A DNA stretch of 64,000 bases, from the NCBI GenBank assembly GCA_038128265.1, contig JAYPJE010000024.1, forward strand, positions 1 to 64,000, given 5' to 3'. The translations under genes and the position numbers were made by a program. Under the pieces are notes generated by a model. The model searched no databases and was not told the DNA's origin. It saw only the letters and a program-made list of their open reading frames with translations. Every line of letters starts with the position of its first letter. Position 1 is the first letter of the stretch. Positions 40,070 through 51,300 of this stretch are shown in pieces. The stretch comes from Gemmatimonadota bacterium (GTDB lineage Bacteria; Latescibacterota; UBA2968; UBA8231).

Positions 40070-41122
40070 TCACAGCCCTTCCTGCACGTCTTTTTTGCGC
40101 ACCTTCCAGATAAAGGCATCGTAGTAATAGTGGATCAGAGCGAATGAACTGAGCAGCGAATAGCTGAACAGGTCAAAGTTGGTATTGAATCCGACGATGC
40201 CAAAGCCAAAGTCGCGCACGTGTCCTTCGCTTAAGGCGTGGAATACCAGCGCGTACGCAGCGCACATCAGCAAAAAGGCCTTTACGTTGCCCGGCTTGGC
40301 CAGATAGTTAATAATCGTCGAATCACCCGCACCGCGCTCGACCTTGTGCCGGTTGTAATAGTAGACCATGACGATATACTGGACGCCATGCATAATGCGG
40401 TGGGCCACCGCATAGACAAGCAGGTACTCCGTCGTGAAGCTGGTGAAATACCAGAGAAAATAGCTGACGCCAAGAAAGGCATACTTGAGTGGGTTGAGCG
40501 CGTAGCCCTGGCGCAGCGTCCAGGCTATGTGACCCAGCCATACAAGGCCATAGACAATAGTAATGGCCCAGGATATTTGGTGAACCGTCTGCACGCCGGC
40601 CGCGCTGACTGGGATGTGCCACTCGTGCAGCATGCGCACCCACAGCGTCGAAAACAGCGGCGACACCACCAGCATGTTGACAAAGAATATCCACGAAAAG
40701 CCGAGATCGAATTTCGCAGTGGACGGTGCACCCGTTTTGGCCTTGAAGTCGTAGACCCGCGCAAAGCCGTACTGCTGCATGAGGCTGTGCTGATGGTCCC
40801 ACAGCGTGACGATGAGCACCAAGCTAAGCGGCGCGTAGTGGAGCAGCACATAGCAGAAGCCGACCAGCAGCACCGGCCCCCAAATAAAGCGTTCCCTAAA
40901 ACGAGTGAATTCACCCGGTGAACCGTAGACGCGTAGCCAAGTTACAAAGTGGTGCGGCACCGTGACCCACAGCGCAATAGCCGCCAGCGCCGCCCCGGGC
41001 AGGTACTGTCCGGACACAAAGGCAAATACCAGCGCCGCCAGCGGTAGTCCGATAAACCACACGTAATCCTGGCGGCGATCGACGATGTATCCAGAGCGAA
41101 ATAAGTTTACGGGCTGTGACAT
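40070..41122 (-). CDS. His-rich integral membrane protein of unknown function
   Basis: About 8-9 TM segments, His boxes PHH, DHQH..QQYG, HRIMHGVQY, IHYYYD..IW. Confidence 0.8.
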   Translation of the reverse strand: MSQPVNLFRSGYIVDRRQDYVWFIGLPLAALVFAFVSGQYLPGAALAAIALWVTVPHHFVTWLRVYGSPGEFTRFRERFIWGPVLLVGFCYVLLHYAPLSLVLIVTLWDHQHSLMQQYGFARVYDFKAKTGAPSTAKFDLGFSWIFFVNMLVVSPLFSTLWVRMLHEWHIPVSAAGVQTVHQISWAITIVYGLVWLGHIAWTLRQGYALNPLKYAFLGVSYFLWYFTSFTTEYLLVYAVAHRIMHGVQYIVMVYYYNRHKVERGAGDSTIINYLAKPGNVKAFLLMCAAYALVFHALSEGHVRDFGFGIVGFNTNFDLFSYSLLSSFALIHYYYDAFIWKVRKKDVQEGL

Positions 41123-41156
41123 AGAGTCATATCTCCACAAAGGGCATAGTCACTAC

Positions 41157-42785
41157 TCAAGAGGGCTGCTGCGCCAGGCGCTGCAGTTGCTCCCCGTTTA
41201 TTGAGATTTCAACGGCGCGGCGCTTGCGCAGCTCCTCGGCGAACTCCTTGAGCACCTTCTGCGATTGGTCTTCCCGCCAATCGGCTTCGACCTGCTCGCG
41301 CACCTCTTCTAGCTCCGGGTAGTGGGCCGCGCGGCGCGCCGTAATCCGCACCACGATATAGCCGTTATCGGTGGCAAAGGGTCCGTGCACCGTGCCGGCG
41401 TCGGCGCGCAGCGCGCGGCTGACGGGATTGTCGCCCTGCCAGGCGCCGCTGCCGTAGATCAGATGCACAAAGCGATCGTCGGCGATCGACTCGCCGGCGC
41501 GCAGGCGCTCGACGATGCGCCGCCCCTCTTCCACGTCATCGGTCAACAGCCGATCTACTTCGACCTTTTCCGGCACCTCGTAGCGCACTTTTTGCTCGTC
41601 AAAAAACAGGCGCAGCGCGTTGATATTGGGCTCGGGGGCCTGCGCGAGCAGCTGTTCCTTGAGGCGGCGCACAAGGTATTGGCGGCGCGCCGTCTCGGCT
41701 CCGGCGGCAACGTCCGGATCGTCGACAAGCGCCAGCCGCACCACTTCGAGCGAGGCCAACACCTGCCGGGCAAATTCGCGGCGCAGCGCCAGCTCAAATG
41801 CCGCGGTATCGGTCGCCGCTGCACCGCGCATCATCTCCAGCGCGCGCCCCACGGATAGCGAACCGCCCTCATAGGAAACGACTTCCACTTCGGCACGGCT
41901 CGGCACAGCGCCATTGCTCAACGCGGCCCGCAGTGCCGCCACGCCGTCTTCGCTGTAGCGAACGCCATAGCGCGCATGCAGCGAATCGTAGTATGCCAAG
42001 AGTTGGTGACCCACATCCTCGCGCATCACCAGCTTTTCAACCGTTTCGCGCTCCTGCTCAAAGCTGACTGGATGCACGTCGGTGAGCTTAATCACAAAGT
42101 AGCCATCGGCCACTTTGAGCGGCCCAGCAAGCTGGCCCACCTGCATATCAAACGCCTTTTCGGTGAGCGCTGCATAGGCCGGCATGGTCTCTCCCCAGCG
42201 GTGATAGCCCATATCCGCATTGCGCTCTAAGATGCGCGGATCCTGCGAGTGGCGCTGCGATAGCTCTTCAAAATCGGCCCCCTGACGCAGCTGAGACAGC
42301 AGCGGTCCAACGGCCGTCGAATCGCGCACCATCAGCAAGCTAAAGCGCACCTTGCGATTGTAGGGACTGCGGGCAAAGTAGGCGCGCAGCGAGTCTTCAG
42401 AGGGCGCGCGCGGACCAATGCCGGCCCGTTCGTAGAGCAGGCGCTGCAGCAGGCCAATGCGCTCGCGCTCGACGGCGGTTTGGACCTGTGGACTGCGGTG
42501 CAACCCGCGTGCTTCCGCTTCCTGCACCAGCAGTTCTTCTTCGATTAGCGCATCGACATACCGACTCGGTTCCATTCCACCGCGCATGGCCTCGGGTATG
42601 CGCTGCAAATAGCGCTGATAGCGCGCCGTGCCAATTTCGACGGCGCCAACCTTGGCAAGCGCCGCGCTCTTCACCTCGACGCCGAGGTCGATTTCGTCGG
42701 CTATTTCCGACCCACCGCAGGCGACCAGCACCGATGCGGTCACCGCCCATAGCGCATTTCTAATGATCGTGCTGCGCGTGATCAC
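41157..42785 (-). CDS. Parvulin/SurA-PrsA-like foldase lipoprotein (two parvulin-like domains)
   Basis: Lipobox LVAC, LIEEELLVQEA, GADFEELSQRHSQD..ADMG, GPLKVADGYFVIK, GPFATDNGYIVV. Confidence 0.85.
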   Translation of the reverse strand: MITRSTIIRNALWAVTASVLVACGGSEIADEIDLGVEVKSAALAKVGAVEIGTARYQRYLQRIPEAMRGGMEPSRYVDALIEEELLVQEAEARGLHRSPQVQTAVERERIGLLQRLLYERAGIGPRAPSEDSLRAYFARSPYNRKVRFSLLMVRDSTAVGPLLSQLRQGADFEELSQRHSQDPRILERNADMGYHRWGETMPAYAALTEKAFDMQVGQLAGPLKVADGYFVIKLTDVHPVSFEQERETVEKLVMREDVGHQLLAYYDSLHARYGVRYSEDGVAALRAALSNGAVPSRAEVEVVSYEGGSLSVGRALEMMRGAAATDTAAFELALRREFARQVLASLEVVRLALVDDPDVAAGAETARRQYLVRRLKEQLLAQAPEPNINALRLFFDEQKVRYEVPEKVEVDRLLTDDVEEGRRIVERLRAGESIADDRFVHLIYGSGAWQGDNPVSRALRADAGTVHGPFATDNGYIVVRITARRAAHYPELEEVREQVEADWREDQSQKVLKEFAEELRKRRAVEISINGEQLQRLAQQPS

Positions 42786-44169
42786 CCAACTCCTCCTGCT
42801 TTTCCTTGAGTATCTGCAACTGGCGCTTGCTGTCCTCCACGCGCCCTGTCTTCAGGTAGGAAACGGCCAGCTTCTGACGCGCATCCAAAAAATCGCCATC
42901 GCCCTCCACGGCGCGCTCCAACACATCGGCTGCTCGCGCAAAATCGCCGTCGCGCGCGTGGAGTAATCCCATGTAATAGTTGGCATAGACGTCGTCGGGC
43001 TTGCGCTTGAGCGCCTCGACAAAGTGCGTGCGCGCCTCGGTAAAGCGCTGCGCGCGCAGGTGTGCCTGCCCCATATTGTAATAGGCTTCGGCATATTCGG
43101 GATCGATGGCCAGCGCCTTCTCATAGGCCGCAATCGCCTCCGCGTACTGTCCCAAACGCAGCTGCATATTGCCCAAGTTATTCTGGTAGCTCAAGCTGTC
43201 GGGCGCCAGGCGCGTGGCGAGCGTATAGGCTTCAGCGGCCTCGGCATAGCGACCTTGGCGCGCGTAGAGCAGCCCGAGCATAGCGCGCGCCTCGTGGTCA
43301 TCCGGATCGTTGCCCAGCATCCGCAGCTGGTCTTCGATCTTGTCCAACTGCGCATCGAGCGCGCTAAACTGGTCGAGCACCTGGCGGCTCTCCTCGCCGC
43401 GACCGAGGCGACGCAGCGCATTGGCCAGCACGAAATACGCCTCTTTTTCCAACGGCGCCAGCGCAATGCTGCGCCGACTGGCCCGTTCGGCGGCCTCGTA
43501 GTCGCGCAGCTTGACGTCGACCTGTGCTAGATCGACATAGGTGGCCGCATCGGTGCTGTCCAGCGCAATGGATTGCTCGAGCGCTGCCCGTGCCTCGGCA
43601 AATTGCAGCTCTTTGGCATACATGCGACCGAGCAGGCGGTGAAAAGAGGCATTGCCGGGATCGCGCCGCTGTCCTTCGGCCACGAGTTCGCGCACGCGCT
43701 CGTACTCTCCGCGCAGAAAGTGGATATAGCCCAAGTCGTAATAGGTAGTTATGTGTCCCGGGTCGAGGCGCAAAACGGTCTCGTGCTCTACAATAGCCTG
43801 CGCGTAGTTGAGCTGGCGCACATACATTGCGGCCAGGTTGTGCCGCGCCGACACGTGCGCAGAATCGAGCTCCAACACGCGCATATAAGACTCAATCGCC
43901 TCTGGGTAATTGAGCTGACGCGCGTAGGCATTGGCCAGATTGTAATGCACCTTGACGTATTGAGGTGCCCGCTGTCGAGCCTCCATATAGGCATCGATTG
44001 CCTCGGTGTCCCGCCCCTGTGCAGCCAGTGCCACGCCGCGATCAAAGTGCAACTCGGCGTCAATGATCGACCCTGGAACAGCTGTCTCGGCGCCGGTTTC
44101 AACGGCTGTTTGCGGCGACTGCTGGTCGGCACAGGCCAGCAGCAGGGCACAGAGGGCAAGGGCTCTCAC
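42760..44169 (-). CDS. TPR-repeat lipoprotein
   Basis: GTG start overlapping the upstream stop (GTGA), lipobox LLAC, about 11 canonical TPRs (YNLANAY, NNLGN, AYYNMG). Confidence 0.9.
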   Translation of the reverse strand: MRALALCALLLACADQQSPQTAVETGAETAVPGSIIDAELHFDRGVALAAQGRDTEAIDAYMEARQRAPQYVKVHYNLANAYARQLNYPEAIESYMRVLELDSAHVSARHNLAAMYVRQLNYAQAIVEHETVLRLDPGHITTYYDLGYIHFLRGEYERVRELVAEGQRRDPGNASFHRLLGRMYAKELQFAEARAALEQSIALDSTDAATYVDLAQVDVKLRDYEAAERASRRSIALAPLEKEAYFVLANALRRLGRGEESRQVLDQFSALDAQLDKIEDQLRMLGNDPDDHEARAMLGLLYARQGRYAEAAEAYTLATRLAPDSLSYQNNLGNMQLRLGQYAEAIAAYEKALAIDPEYAEAYYNMGQAHLRAQRFTEARTHFVEALKRKPDDVYANYYMGLLHARDGDFARAADVLERAVEGDGDFLDARQKLAVSYLKTGRVEDSKRQLQILKEKQEELGDHAQHDH

Positions 44170-45812
44170 GGCGCGCTCCCTTCGGTCAGCACCAGCGCGC
44201 GGTCCACTGCCACATCGACCCATTCGTCGACGCGACCCGAAGGCCAGTAGACGACGACTTTGTCGACGCGCTGGGCAGCCCCCAACCCGACGTGTAAACG
44301 CAGGTCGCTCTGCGAAAGAAAGCTCGCACCCGACCGGACCTCGTCCGTTTGCACCACATCACCGGCGTGCACCTCGACGCGCGCGCCCAACGCCGCGCGA
44401 TTGCTCTGCACGCCGCGCAGCTGCAGCTGCAGCCAGTGGGCACCAGCGCCGGTCTCGTTGCGCATGAGCGTAGGGCCATCGTCGACATTGGCGATCAGCA
44501 CGTCGATATCTCCATCGCCGTCATAGTCGCCAAAGGCCGCTCCGCGGCTGACTTTGCGCACCGCCAGCGCGTCGTTCTCACCGGCCGGCTCCAATTCCTC
44601 AAAGCGCCCGGCACCGACGTTGGCAAAGAGCTGGTTGCGCTGTGCAAAGGTCGTGTTTTCGTAGGACTCCACATCGCTTTCGAGATGGCCATTGGCAATG
44701 AATACATCGCGATCGCCGTCGTTATCGTAATCGAAAAAGCGCGTTCCCCAAGACAAGTAGGGGATGCTGCCCTTGCCCAAGCCAGCCAAAAACGTCTCGT
44801 CGACAAAGGTGCCATCGCCCAGATTCTTGTAGAGCGTATTGGTCTCCCACTGGAAGTTAGTCACAAAGAGATCGGGATAGCCATCGTTGTCGTAATCACC
44901 CATATCGACGCCCATACCCGCCTCGACATCGCCATCCTCGTTGTAGGCCGTGCCGGCGAGCAAGCCCACTTCCTCAAATAGGCCGCGTCCGTCGTTGAGG
45001 TAGAGAAAGTTGAGCGTTTTGTCGTTGGCCAAGTAGAGGTCGGAGTCGCCGTCCAGATCGACATCGCCAAATACCACGCCCAACTCCTTGCCATCGTCGC
45101 TGTGCAAGCCAGCCTGTTGCGTAACATCGGCGAAAGTGCCGTCGCCCCCGTTCTTATAGAGCACGTCGGATATCCCATCAAAGGCTTCGGGACCGCAGTA
45201 CAGCTGCAAACCGCTACCTCCCTCTGCACACACGCGATGGTTGTCGTAGGAAAAGTCGTGGTAGTTGGCTACGTATAAATCGACAAAGCCATCGCGGTCG
45301 ACATCGGAAAAGGCGCAGCTCGTCGCCCAGCGCTCGTCGCCGACTCCTGCAGCTTGCGTCACATCGACAAACAAGCCGTTGCCCTCGTTGCGATAGAGGA
45401 CGTTGGCGCCAAAATTGCCCAGGTATAGATCGAGGTCACCGTCGTTGTCGTAATCGCCTACGGCCATCCCCATGCCGTACCCCTCGTCGCCCACTCCAGC
45501 GGCCTGCGTAACGTCGACAAACGAGCCGTTGCCCCTGTTGCGATAGAGCGCATTGCGCGGGGGCGTATCGTAGTGCACGCCCGGGGTCGCCGCACCGTTG
45601 ATCAGATAGATATCCAGCGATCCATCGCCGTCATAATCGAAAAAACCGGCACCTGCGCCCACGGTTTCAATGACAAATTTCTTTCCGCCCGCTCCATTCA
45701 CATGGCGAAAGTCAATGCCCGCCGACGCCGTCATATCACTGAATAGAGGCGACTCTGCACGACTATGCGCGACGAGAAGAATACAGCTAAAAAACAGAAA
45801 TAGGCTTGGCAA
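44166..45812 (-). CDS. CRTAC1 family protein (FG-GAP/VCBS + ASPIC/UnbV)
   Basis: AGIDFRH, DYDNDGDLD repeats, SNRAALGARV..SFLSQS..LHVGLG..WPSG. Start uncertain (TTG 45812). Confidence 0.9.
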   Translation of the reverse strand: MPSLFLFFSCILLVAHSRAESPLFSDMTASAGIDFRHVNGAGGKKFVIETVGAGAGFFDYDGDGSLDIYLINGAATPGVHYDTPPRNALYRNRGNGSFVDVTQAAGVGDEGYGMGMAVGDYDNDGDLDLYLGNFGANVLYRNEGNGLFVDVTQAAGVGDERWATSCAFSDVDRDGFVDLYVANYHDFSYDNHRVCAEGGSGLQLYCGPEAFDGISDVLYKNGGDGTFADVTQQAGLHSDDGKELGVVFGDVDLDGDSDLYLANDKTLNFLYLNDGRGLFEEVGLLAGTAYNEDGDVEAGMGVDMGDYDNDGYPDLFVTNFQWETNTLYKNLGDGTFVDETFLAGLGKGSIPYLSWGTRFFDYDNDGDRDVFIANGHLESDVESYENTTFAQRNQLFANVGAGRFEELEPAGENDALAVRKVSRGAAFGDYDGDGDIDVLIANVDDGPTLMRNETGAGAHWLQLQLRGVQSNRAALGARVEVHAGDVVQTDEVRSGASFLSQSDLRLHVGLGAAQRVDKVVVYWPSGRVDEWVDVAVDRALVLTEGSAP

Positions 45813-45868
45813 ATGGGTTCCTATATAGGCGATATAAACAGCTATTTTGCTCGTGGATACGCGATTTA

Positions 45869-45898
45869 GAATATACTCATATTCGGCCCGGCGCTCAA
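45869..45898 (-). promoter_or_regulatory. Putative internal promoter with palindrome over the -10
   Basis: Minus strand TTGAGC-N17-TATATT. GAATAT-actc-ATATTC at 45869-45884 in an AT-rich gap. Confidence 0.45.
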
Positions 45899-45909
45899 AA
45901 GAGCGGCAC

Positions 45910-48339
45910 TCAGCGCAGAGCGCTTGGCCATATTTGCTGTGCAACGGGCAAGCGCGGCCGCTTGTCGCCTCCCTCCGCCTGCCAGTAGCGCGACGCGACA
46001 AAGGTGAAAGCCGCCAGCCAGATGGAGGCCAGGGCAACGCCCGCCACTAGGGCGCCGCGCCCCAGTTTCGTCGCCGACGACGCGATAGCGCGTTGGGGAG
46101 TAACCCGCCCAAAGGCAAAGGCTAAAGCACCGGCCAGTACATAGGTCAGACCACCGGCAACACACACGTGTTCCACGCTCCATTCCATTGCCATGGCCAC
46201 GGCAGCCGTCGAACCCAGCACAGAAGCAAAGCCGTTGCTCGTCCACATCCAGGGCACGCTAAGCGCTCCGCGCGCCAGGCGCAGCGCAGAGGGAAACAGG
46301 GCACCCATACCCACACCGGGCACAAAAACGACCGCAAGCACCAGCGCCCCACGCGCCTCGACAGGCCAAGCGTTGGCCGCGCGCAGCAGCGCGTTGAGCG
46401 GCGCGCCATACAGGGCACAGCACGCCCCAACTAGCGCAGTGACAATGCCCAAGCCACGCAGCGATCCAACGAGGGCTATGCGATCGCTCAGCAGAGACCC
46501 CACGCCCGCAGCTAGCAGCAGGCCGAATAGGGCGGCCACCAGCGTCAAGGTGGGATAGCCGAGAAAGGGGCCCAAGCGCTGCAGCAAGTACATCTCCACC
46601 AGCATAAACGCCGCGCCCAATAGGGTGGCATAACTGGCCAGTACGAGCGATAGCATACCTTCACCAGCGCGGCGGCGCGATGCGTGGGCAAGCGGCACTA
46701 ACAGCACCAGGACGCAGGCGGCTGCAGCGCCCCACAGCACGGCGAGCAGTTTGTCATCTAAGCCGCGCTGGACGTCGTAGAAAAACGGCCGAGCGTCGGA
46801 TACCGGCGCGATATCGCTCTCCTCGGCAGCCACAAACTTGTCTAGGCCGCCATTGCGCAGAGGCGCCAGCAGCGGATGCTCGGCGATGCGCGGAGCGAAG
46901 TATAGCTGCAGGCCCACCTCATCCAGCACCGCACGCATCCGCCGCAGTTGCTCATCGGTATAGGGCTCTTTTTGCACGAGAACAAGCGGACGCTGGGCGC
47001 GCGCCCGACCGCGGTCGGCGCGCGTGCCGTTTACGACCACTAAGTGGTCGAGAATGGAACCGGCATTCGCGCCGCGCTGCTGCCAGGTTTCGGCCAGCGT
47101 AGCCACGGCGCGCATCATCAGCGCGTGGTTGTGCACGACCAGCGCCAAGCGCCCCTGCGGCTGCAAGTGGTCGAAATAGGCGCTAAACGCCTCGCGCGTA
47201 AAGAGGTAGTTTTCCAGCAGGGCGTAGCCGACCAAATCGGCCGCTTCTGCGTAGACCAGCGGCAGGGCAATCAAGTCGTACATGCGCGTTGATTGCTCCA
47301 CGTAGTGACGGCCATCGCCCGCGTGTATTTCAACGCCTTCGCGATCAAAGAGGTAGCCGTTGTAGTCGCCGTACTGGCGCACGAGCGAGACAATCTGTGG
47401 ATTGACCTCGACGCCTTCGACGTGCGTCCAGCCGGTCATCAGCGCATAGAGCACGTCCTGACCGCCCCCCGGCCCAACAATCAGCGCGCGATCTCGCGGC
47501 CCAAAGTAGTAGGGGAAAAAGGCCGCTTCGCGGCGCAAAAAGAACAGGCGGCGGAAATCTCCGTCAAAGCGAAACATGTAGGAGCCCGCGCCGCCGTCGA
47601 CGTAAAAATTGAGGCCCGTCTCACCGCTGCGATCGACCAAGTCCGTGCGCGCATAGGCGCTCCACTGCGCCACCACCGGCTGAGCTCCGTCGCGCAGCGC
47701 ACGCGCCATGGGCTTGGCCACGCCCTCTCCCCCATCATCTAAGTGTATGCGCAACCACGGATCGCGCGCCTGCAGGACCAGCGCGACTAGCCCCACCACC
47801 ACCAGCAGCGCGCGCGCCCAGTGCCATTTAGCCCACAGCGCCGCGCCTAGGGCCAGCGCGGCCGACACGAGCAGCGCGCCGGGGCCACCTAACCACTCCA
47901 GCGCCGGCACAACCAGCAGCGTGCCCAACGATGCGCCCACTAGGTCAAAGAAGTAGAGCGTGCTGCTCTCTTGCTGATAGAGGGAGAATATCCACGTCAG
48001 AAACAAACCAGCCAGCACAATCGGCGTTCCCGCCACCGCGACCAGCGCCCAAGAGGGCAGACTCGGAAAAGCGGCCAGCACACAGGCTGCGACCAGCGCC
48101 GCCAACGCCATTAGCTGAGCTACGGCCGCTAGCCAAACCGCGCTACGCCCTTCGGTTGGACGCCAAAAAAAAGCGATAGCGGCCCCTAAACCCAGACCGC
48201 AGATGGCGCCCGAGACGACGAGAAACGTGAAGTGGTAGTGCAATAGGAAAGAGAATAGGCGCGTCAGGCCAATCTCGTAAACCACGACGGCCGCTGCGAG
48301 CAGGGCGACGGCAACGCGGCGTTGCAGCACGCTGTTCAC
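45910..48339 (-). CDS. Polytopic membrane protein with central spermidine-synthase-like SAM-binding domain
   Basis: TM blocks on both sides, Y..DLVGASLG, VGPGGGQDV, VEVNP, GDGRHYV, YDLI, ENYLFTREAF. Confidence 0.85.
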   Translation of the reverse strand: MNSVLQRRVAVALLAAAVVVYEIGLTRLFSFLLHYHFTFLVVSGAICGLGLGAAIAFFWRPTEGRSAVWLAAVAQLMALAALVAACVLAAFPSLPSWALVAVAGTPIVLAGLFLTWIFSLYQQESSTLYFFDLVGASLGTLLVVPALEWLGGPGALLVSAALALGAALWAKWHWARALLVVVGLVALVLQARDPWLRIHLDDGGEGVAKPMARALRDGAQPVVAQWSAYARTDLVDRSGETGLNFYVDGGAGSYMFRFDGDFRRLFFLRREAAFFPYYFGPRDRALIVGPGGGQDVLYALMTGWTHVEGVEVNPQIVSLVRQYGDYNGYLFDREGVEIHAGDGRHYVEQSTRMYDLIALPLVYAEAADLVGYALLENYLFTREAFSAYFDHLQPQGRLALVVHNHALMMRAVATLAETWQQRGANAGSILDHLVVVNGTRADRGRARAQRPLVLVQKEPYTDEQLRRMRAVLDEVGLQLYFAPRIAEHPLLAPLRNGGLDKFVAAEESDIAPVSDARPFFYDVQRGLDDKLLAVLWGAAAACVLVLLVPLAHASRRRAGEGMLSLVLASYATLLGAAFMLVEMYLLQRLGPFLGYPTLTLVAALFGLLLAAGVGSLLSDRIALVGSLRGLGIVTALVGACCALYGAPLNALLRAANAWPVEARGALVLAVVFVPGVGMGALFPSALRLARGALSVPWMWTSNGFASVLGSTAAVAMAMEWSVEHVCVAGGLTYVLAGALAFAFGRVTPQRAIASSATKLGRGALVAGVALASIWLAAFTFVASRYWQAEGGDKRPRLPVAQQIWPSALR

Positions 48340-51300
48340 GGTTGCACCTGAGCCCGGCGCAGGCGCTCGTACGCGGCCTGCTGCACTTGGGCCTCTTTGT
48401 CGCGCCCGAGACGAAGCAGGAGTTGGGCTAGCATCTGACGCGGCGGCGCGTAGGCCGCATCGACCTCAACGGCTTTTTCAAATGCGGCAACTGCACGCAC
48501 CGCATCACCCAGCAGCACGTAGGCATTGCCCAGGTTGTGATGCGCACGCGCGTAGTCGGGTGCCAGCGCGAGCACTTTTTCGTAGGCATCAATCGCCTCT
48601 AATAAGCGCCGCTGGCGCAGGTATATATTGCCGAGGTTGTTAAGCGCATCCAAGTGGTCGGGCGCAATTTCTAAGGCCGCCATATAGGCCTGTCGCGCCG
48701 CCTGATAGCGCTCGATGCGCGCGTAGATGACGCCGAGGCGATAGAAGGCATCGGCATCGTTGGGATTGAGCACGATGGCCGTCTTAAAATCAAGCAAGTT
48801 CTGGTGCTCTCGCTGCAGCAGACTAAAGTAGCGCAGCATATGCTGCCCCTCGGCCGCCTTGCCACCGCGCAGCAGCGCTTGTCCCAGGTTGTAGTAGACC
48901 TCGTCGCGATCCGGATCGGCGCGCAGGGCACTCTGCAAATAACCCGCTGCCGCCTCGACGTCGCCTTCTTGCAGCAGCAAGGCCCCCAAGCGCGCCTGTA
49001 GCAGGGCGCTCTGCGGGCTGCGCTCTAGGCCCTGGCGCAGGGCTGCCAGCGCCCGTTCGACATCGCGGTTGTTGAGGTGTATCTGCGCCACGAGCTCGCG
49101 CGCTTCAGCGCGCTCGGGCTGTAGGCTGAGCACGTTGTCCAAAACGGACAGCGCCTGCTCGTAACGCGCCTGCACAAAGTAGACGCGCCCCATTTGAAAG
49201 AGCAGTTCGACCTCATCCGGCAAGCGGGCTATGCCGCGCTGCAACACGTCTAGTGCCAGCCCGTAGTCCGTCTGTCGCGCGTGCAGTCCAGCCAGGTTAA
49301 AGTAGGCCTGTAAATAGAGGGGGTTGCGCGCCAGCGCCTGCTCGTAGCGCATCACCGCCTCATCCAAGTGCTGCTGTCGCACCAGTATATTGGCGAGAAA
49401 ATAGGGAGGCTCGGCCAGCGAATCGTCCAGCTGTCCGGCCAGCGACAGGGCCTCTACGGCGCGCCCGAGGTCACCCGTATCGCCGTAAAAGCGTCCCAAC
49501 GCCAGATGCACGCGCGCAGCGGCCGGCCCCGCCTCACGGGCCTGCTGCAAAAGTCGGCCTGCCTCGCCGTAGGCGCGCCGGGACAGCAAGGCTACCGATA
49601 GATCGACCAGCGCATCTACGTCGTCTGGACGCTCTGCGAGCGCGGCGCGCAGCGGCTCTAGCGGCGCAGGAGGCTCTACGGGTGCACGCACCTTTTCTGG
49701 CAGCACCAGCGAAGCTTGCTCCCAAAAGCGCTGCATCGCCTCGTCGGCATCTCCAGCGGGCAACTCTTCTACAACACCCGCTGCCTGCGATACAGCCGGC
49801 ATTTCTGCCGCCGACTCAACAATCTGCACCACTTGGTCGATAGCCTCTGGTTGCTGCACCTGCCGCGCGCCGCCCGGCCAGTAGACGACGACGCTATCGA
49901 CGCGCGATTGGGCCCCCAGGCCAAAGTGCAGGCGCGGGTCGCTCTGGGAGAGGTAGCTCGACGCGCTGCGCTTCTCGCGCGCCCAGCGCCGCGCACCGGA
50001 CCACACTTCGACGCGCGCGCCGTAGGCATCGCGGTTGCTCGCGCTGCCGCGCAGCGCCACGCCCAGCCAGTGGCCGCGCTCGGCGCTATCGTTGCGCATC
50101 AAGAGCGCGGCTTCGGCCGTATTGAGCACAAAGATATCTACGTCGCCGTCGTTGTCGTAATCGGCTGTGGCCGATCCACGCCCGACGTGCGCTGCGGCAA
50201 ACGCCGGCCCCGCCTCGTCGCTAATGTCGCTAAAGCGACCGTCGCCCTCGTTGCGGTAGAGCTGGTCGCGCTGCGCATAGCTAGCCTGTGGATCAAAGCG
50301 CTCGATGTCTTCGTCTATGTGTCCATTCGCCACGTACAAGTCGTCGTCGCCGTCGCTGTCGTAGTCGAAAAAGTTGATGCCAAATGCCAGGCGATCAAAG
50401 CTGCTAGCACCGATCTGCACATCGACGGATACGTCGCGAAAAAGGCCGTTTCCCAGGTTGCGATAGAGCGTGTTGCTCTCCCACTGGAAGTTGGTCATTA
50501 CAATATCGGGCCAGCCGTCGAGGTCGTAGTCGGCCACATCGACACCCATCGTGCCCTCGGGCTTACCCGACTCGTTGTAGGCAACGCCGGCGAAGAGTCC
50601 GACCTCGACAAAATGCCCTCCGTCGTTGCGATAGAGAAAGTTTGGCGTCGCGTCGTTGCCCTGAAATAGATCGGGATCGCCGTCGAGATCGGCGTCGAAG
50701 AATACGGGACCCAATTCGCGGCACTGCTCGCTCAGCAGCCCCGCTTCTTCCGTAACATCGACAAAGCGGCCATCGTCGTTCCGATAGAGAAAGTCGCGTC
50801 GCCCCGGATACTCGGTCGGCGCCAGGTGGCGGCGCGGGCGCTTAAGCCCTCCCCCCGCATCGAGGTTGGCCTCTTCGAATGCATAGTCCAGATAGTTGGC
50901 GACATAGAGATCGAGATCGCCGTCGAGGTCGTAATCGACAAACGCGCTGCCCGTCGACCAACTGTCGTCGTCGCCGTCGATCAGGTGCGTCGCATCGACA
51001 AAACGCCAATCGTTCACAGACCCCTCGTTGCGGTAGAGCACATTGCGACCAAAGTTGCTCACGAAAAGGTCGGAGTCGCCGTCGTTGTCGTAGTCCCCGG
51101 CAACTGCACCCATGCCGTATCCGACATCGGCGACCCCCTGCCGATTGGAAACCTCAGAGAACGTGCCGCCCTCGTTGCGATAGAGCGCGTTGTGCGGAGT
51201 CTCGTCGGATGTATAGCCGGGCAAATCGCCCCCATTAACGGCGTATAGATCCATCCAGCCATCGCTGTTGAAGTCGAAGAATACGGCACCGGAACCGATC

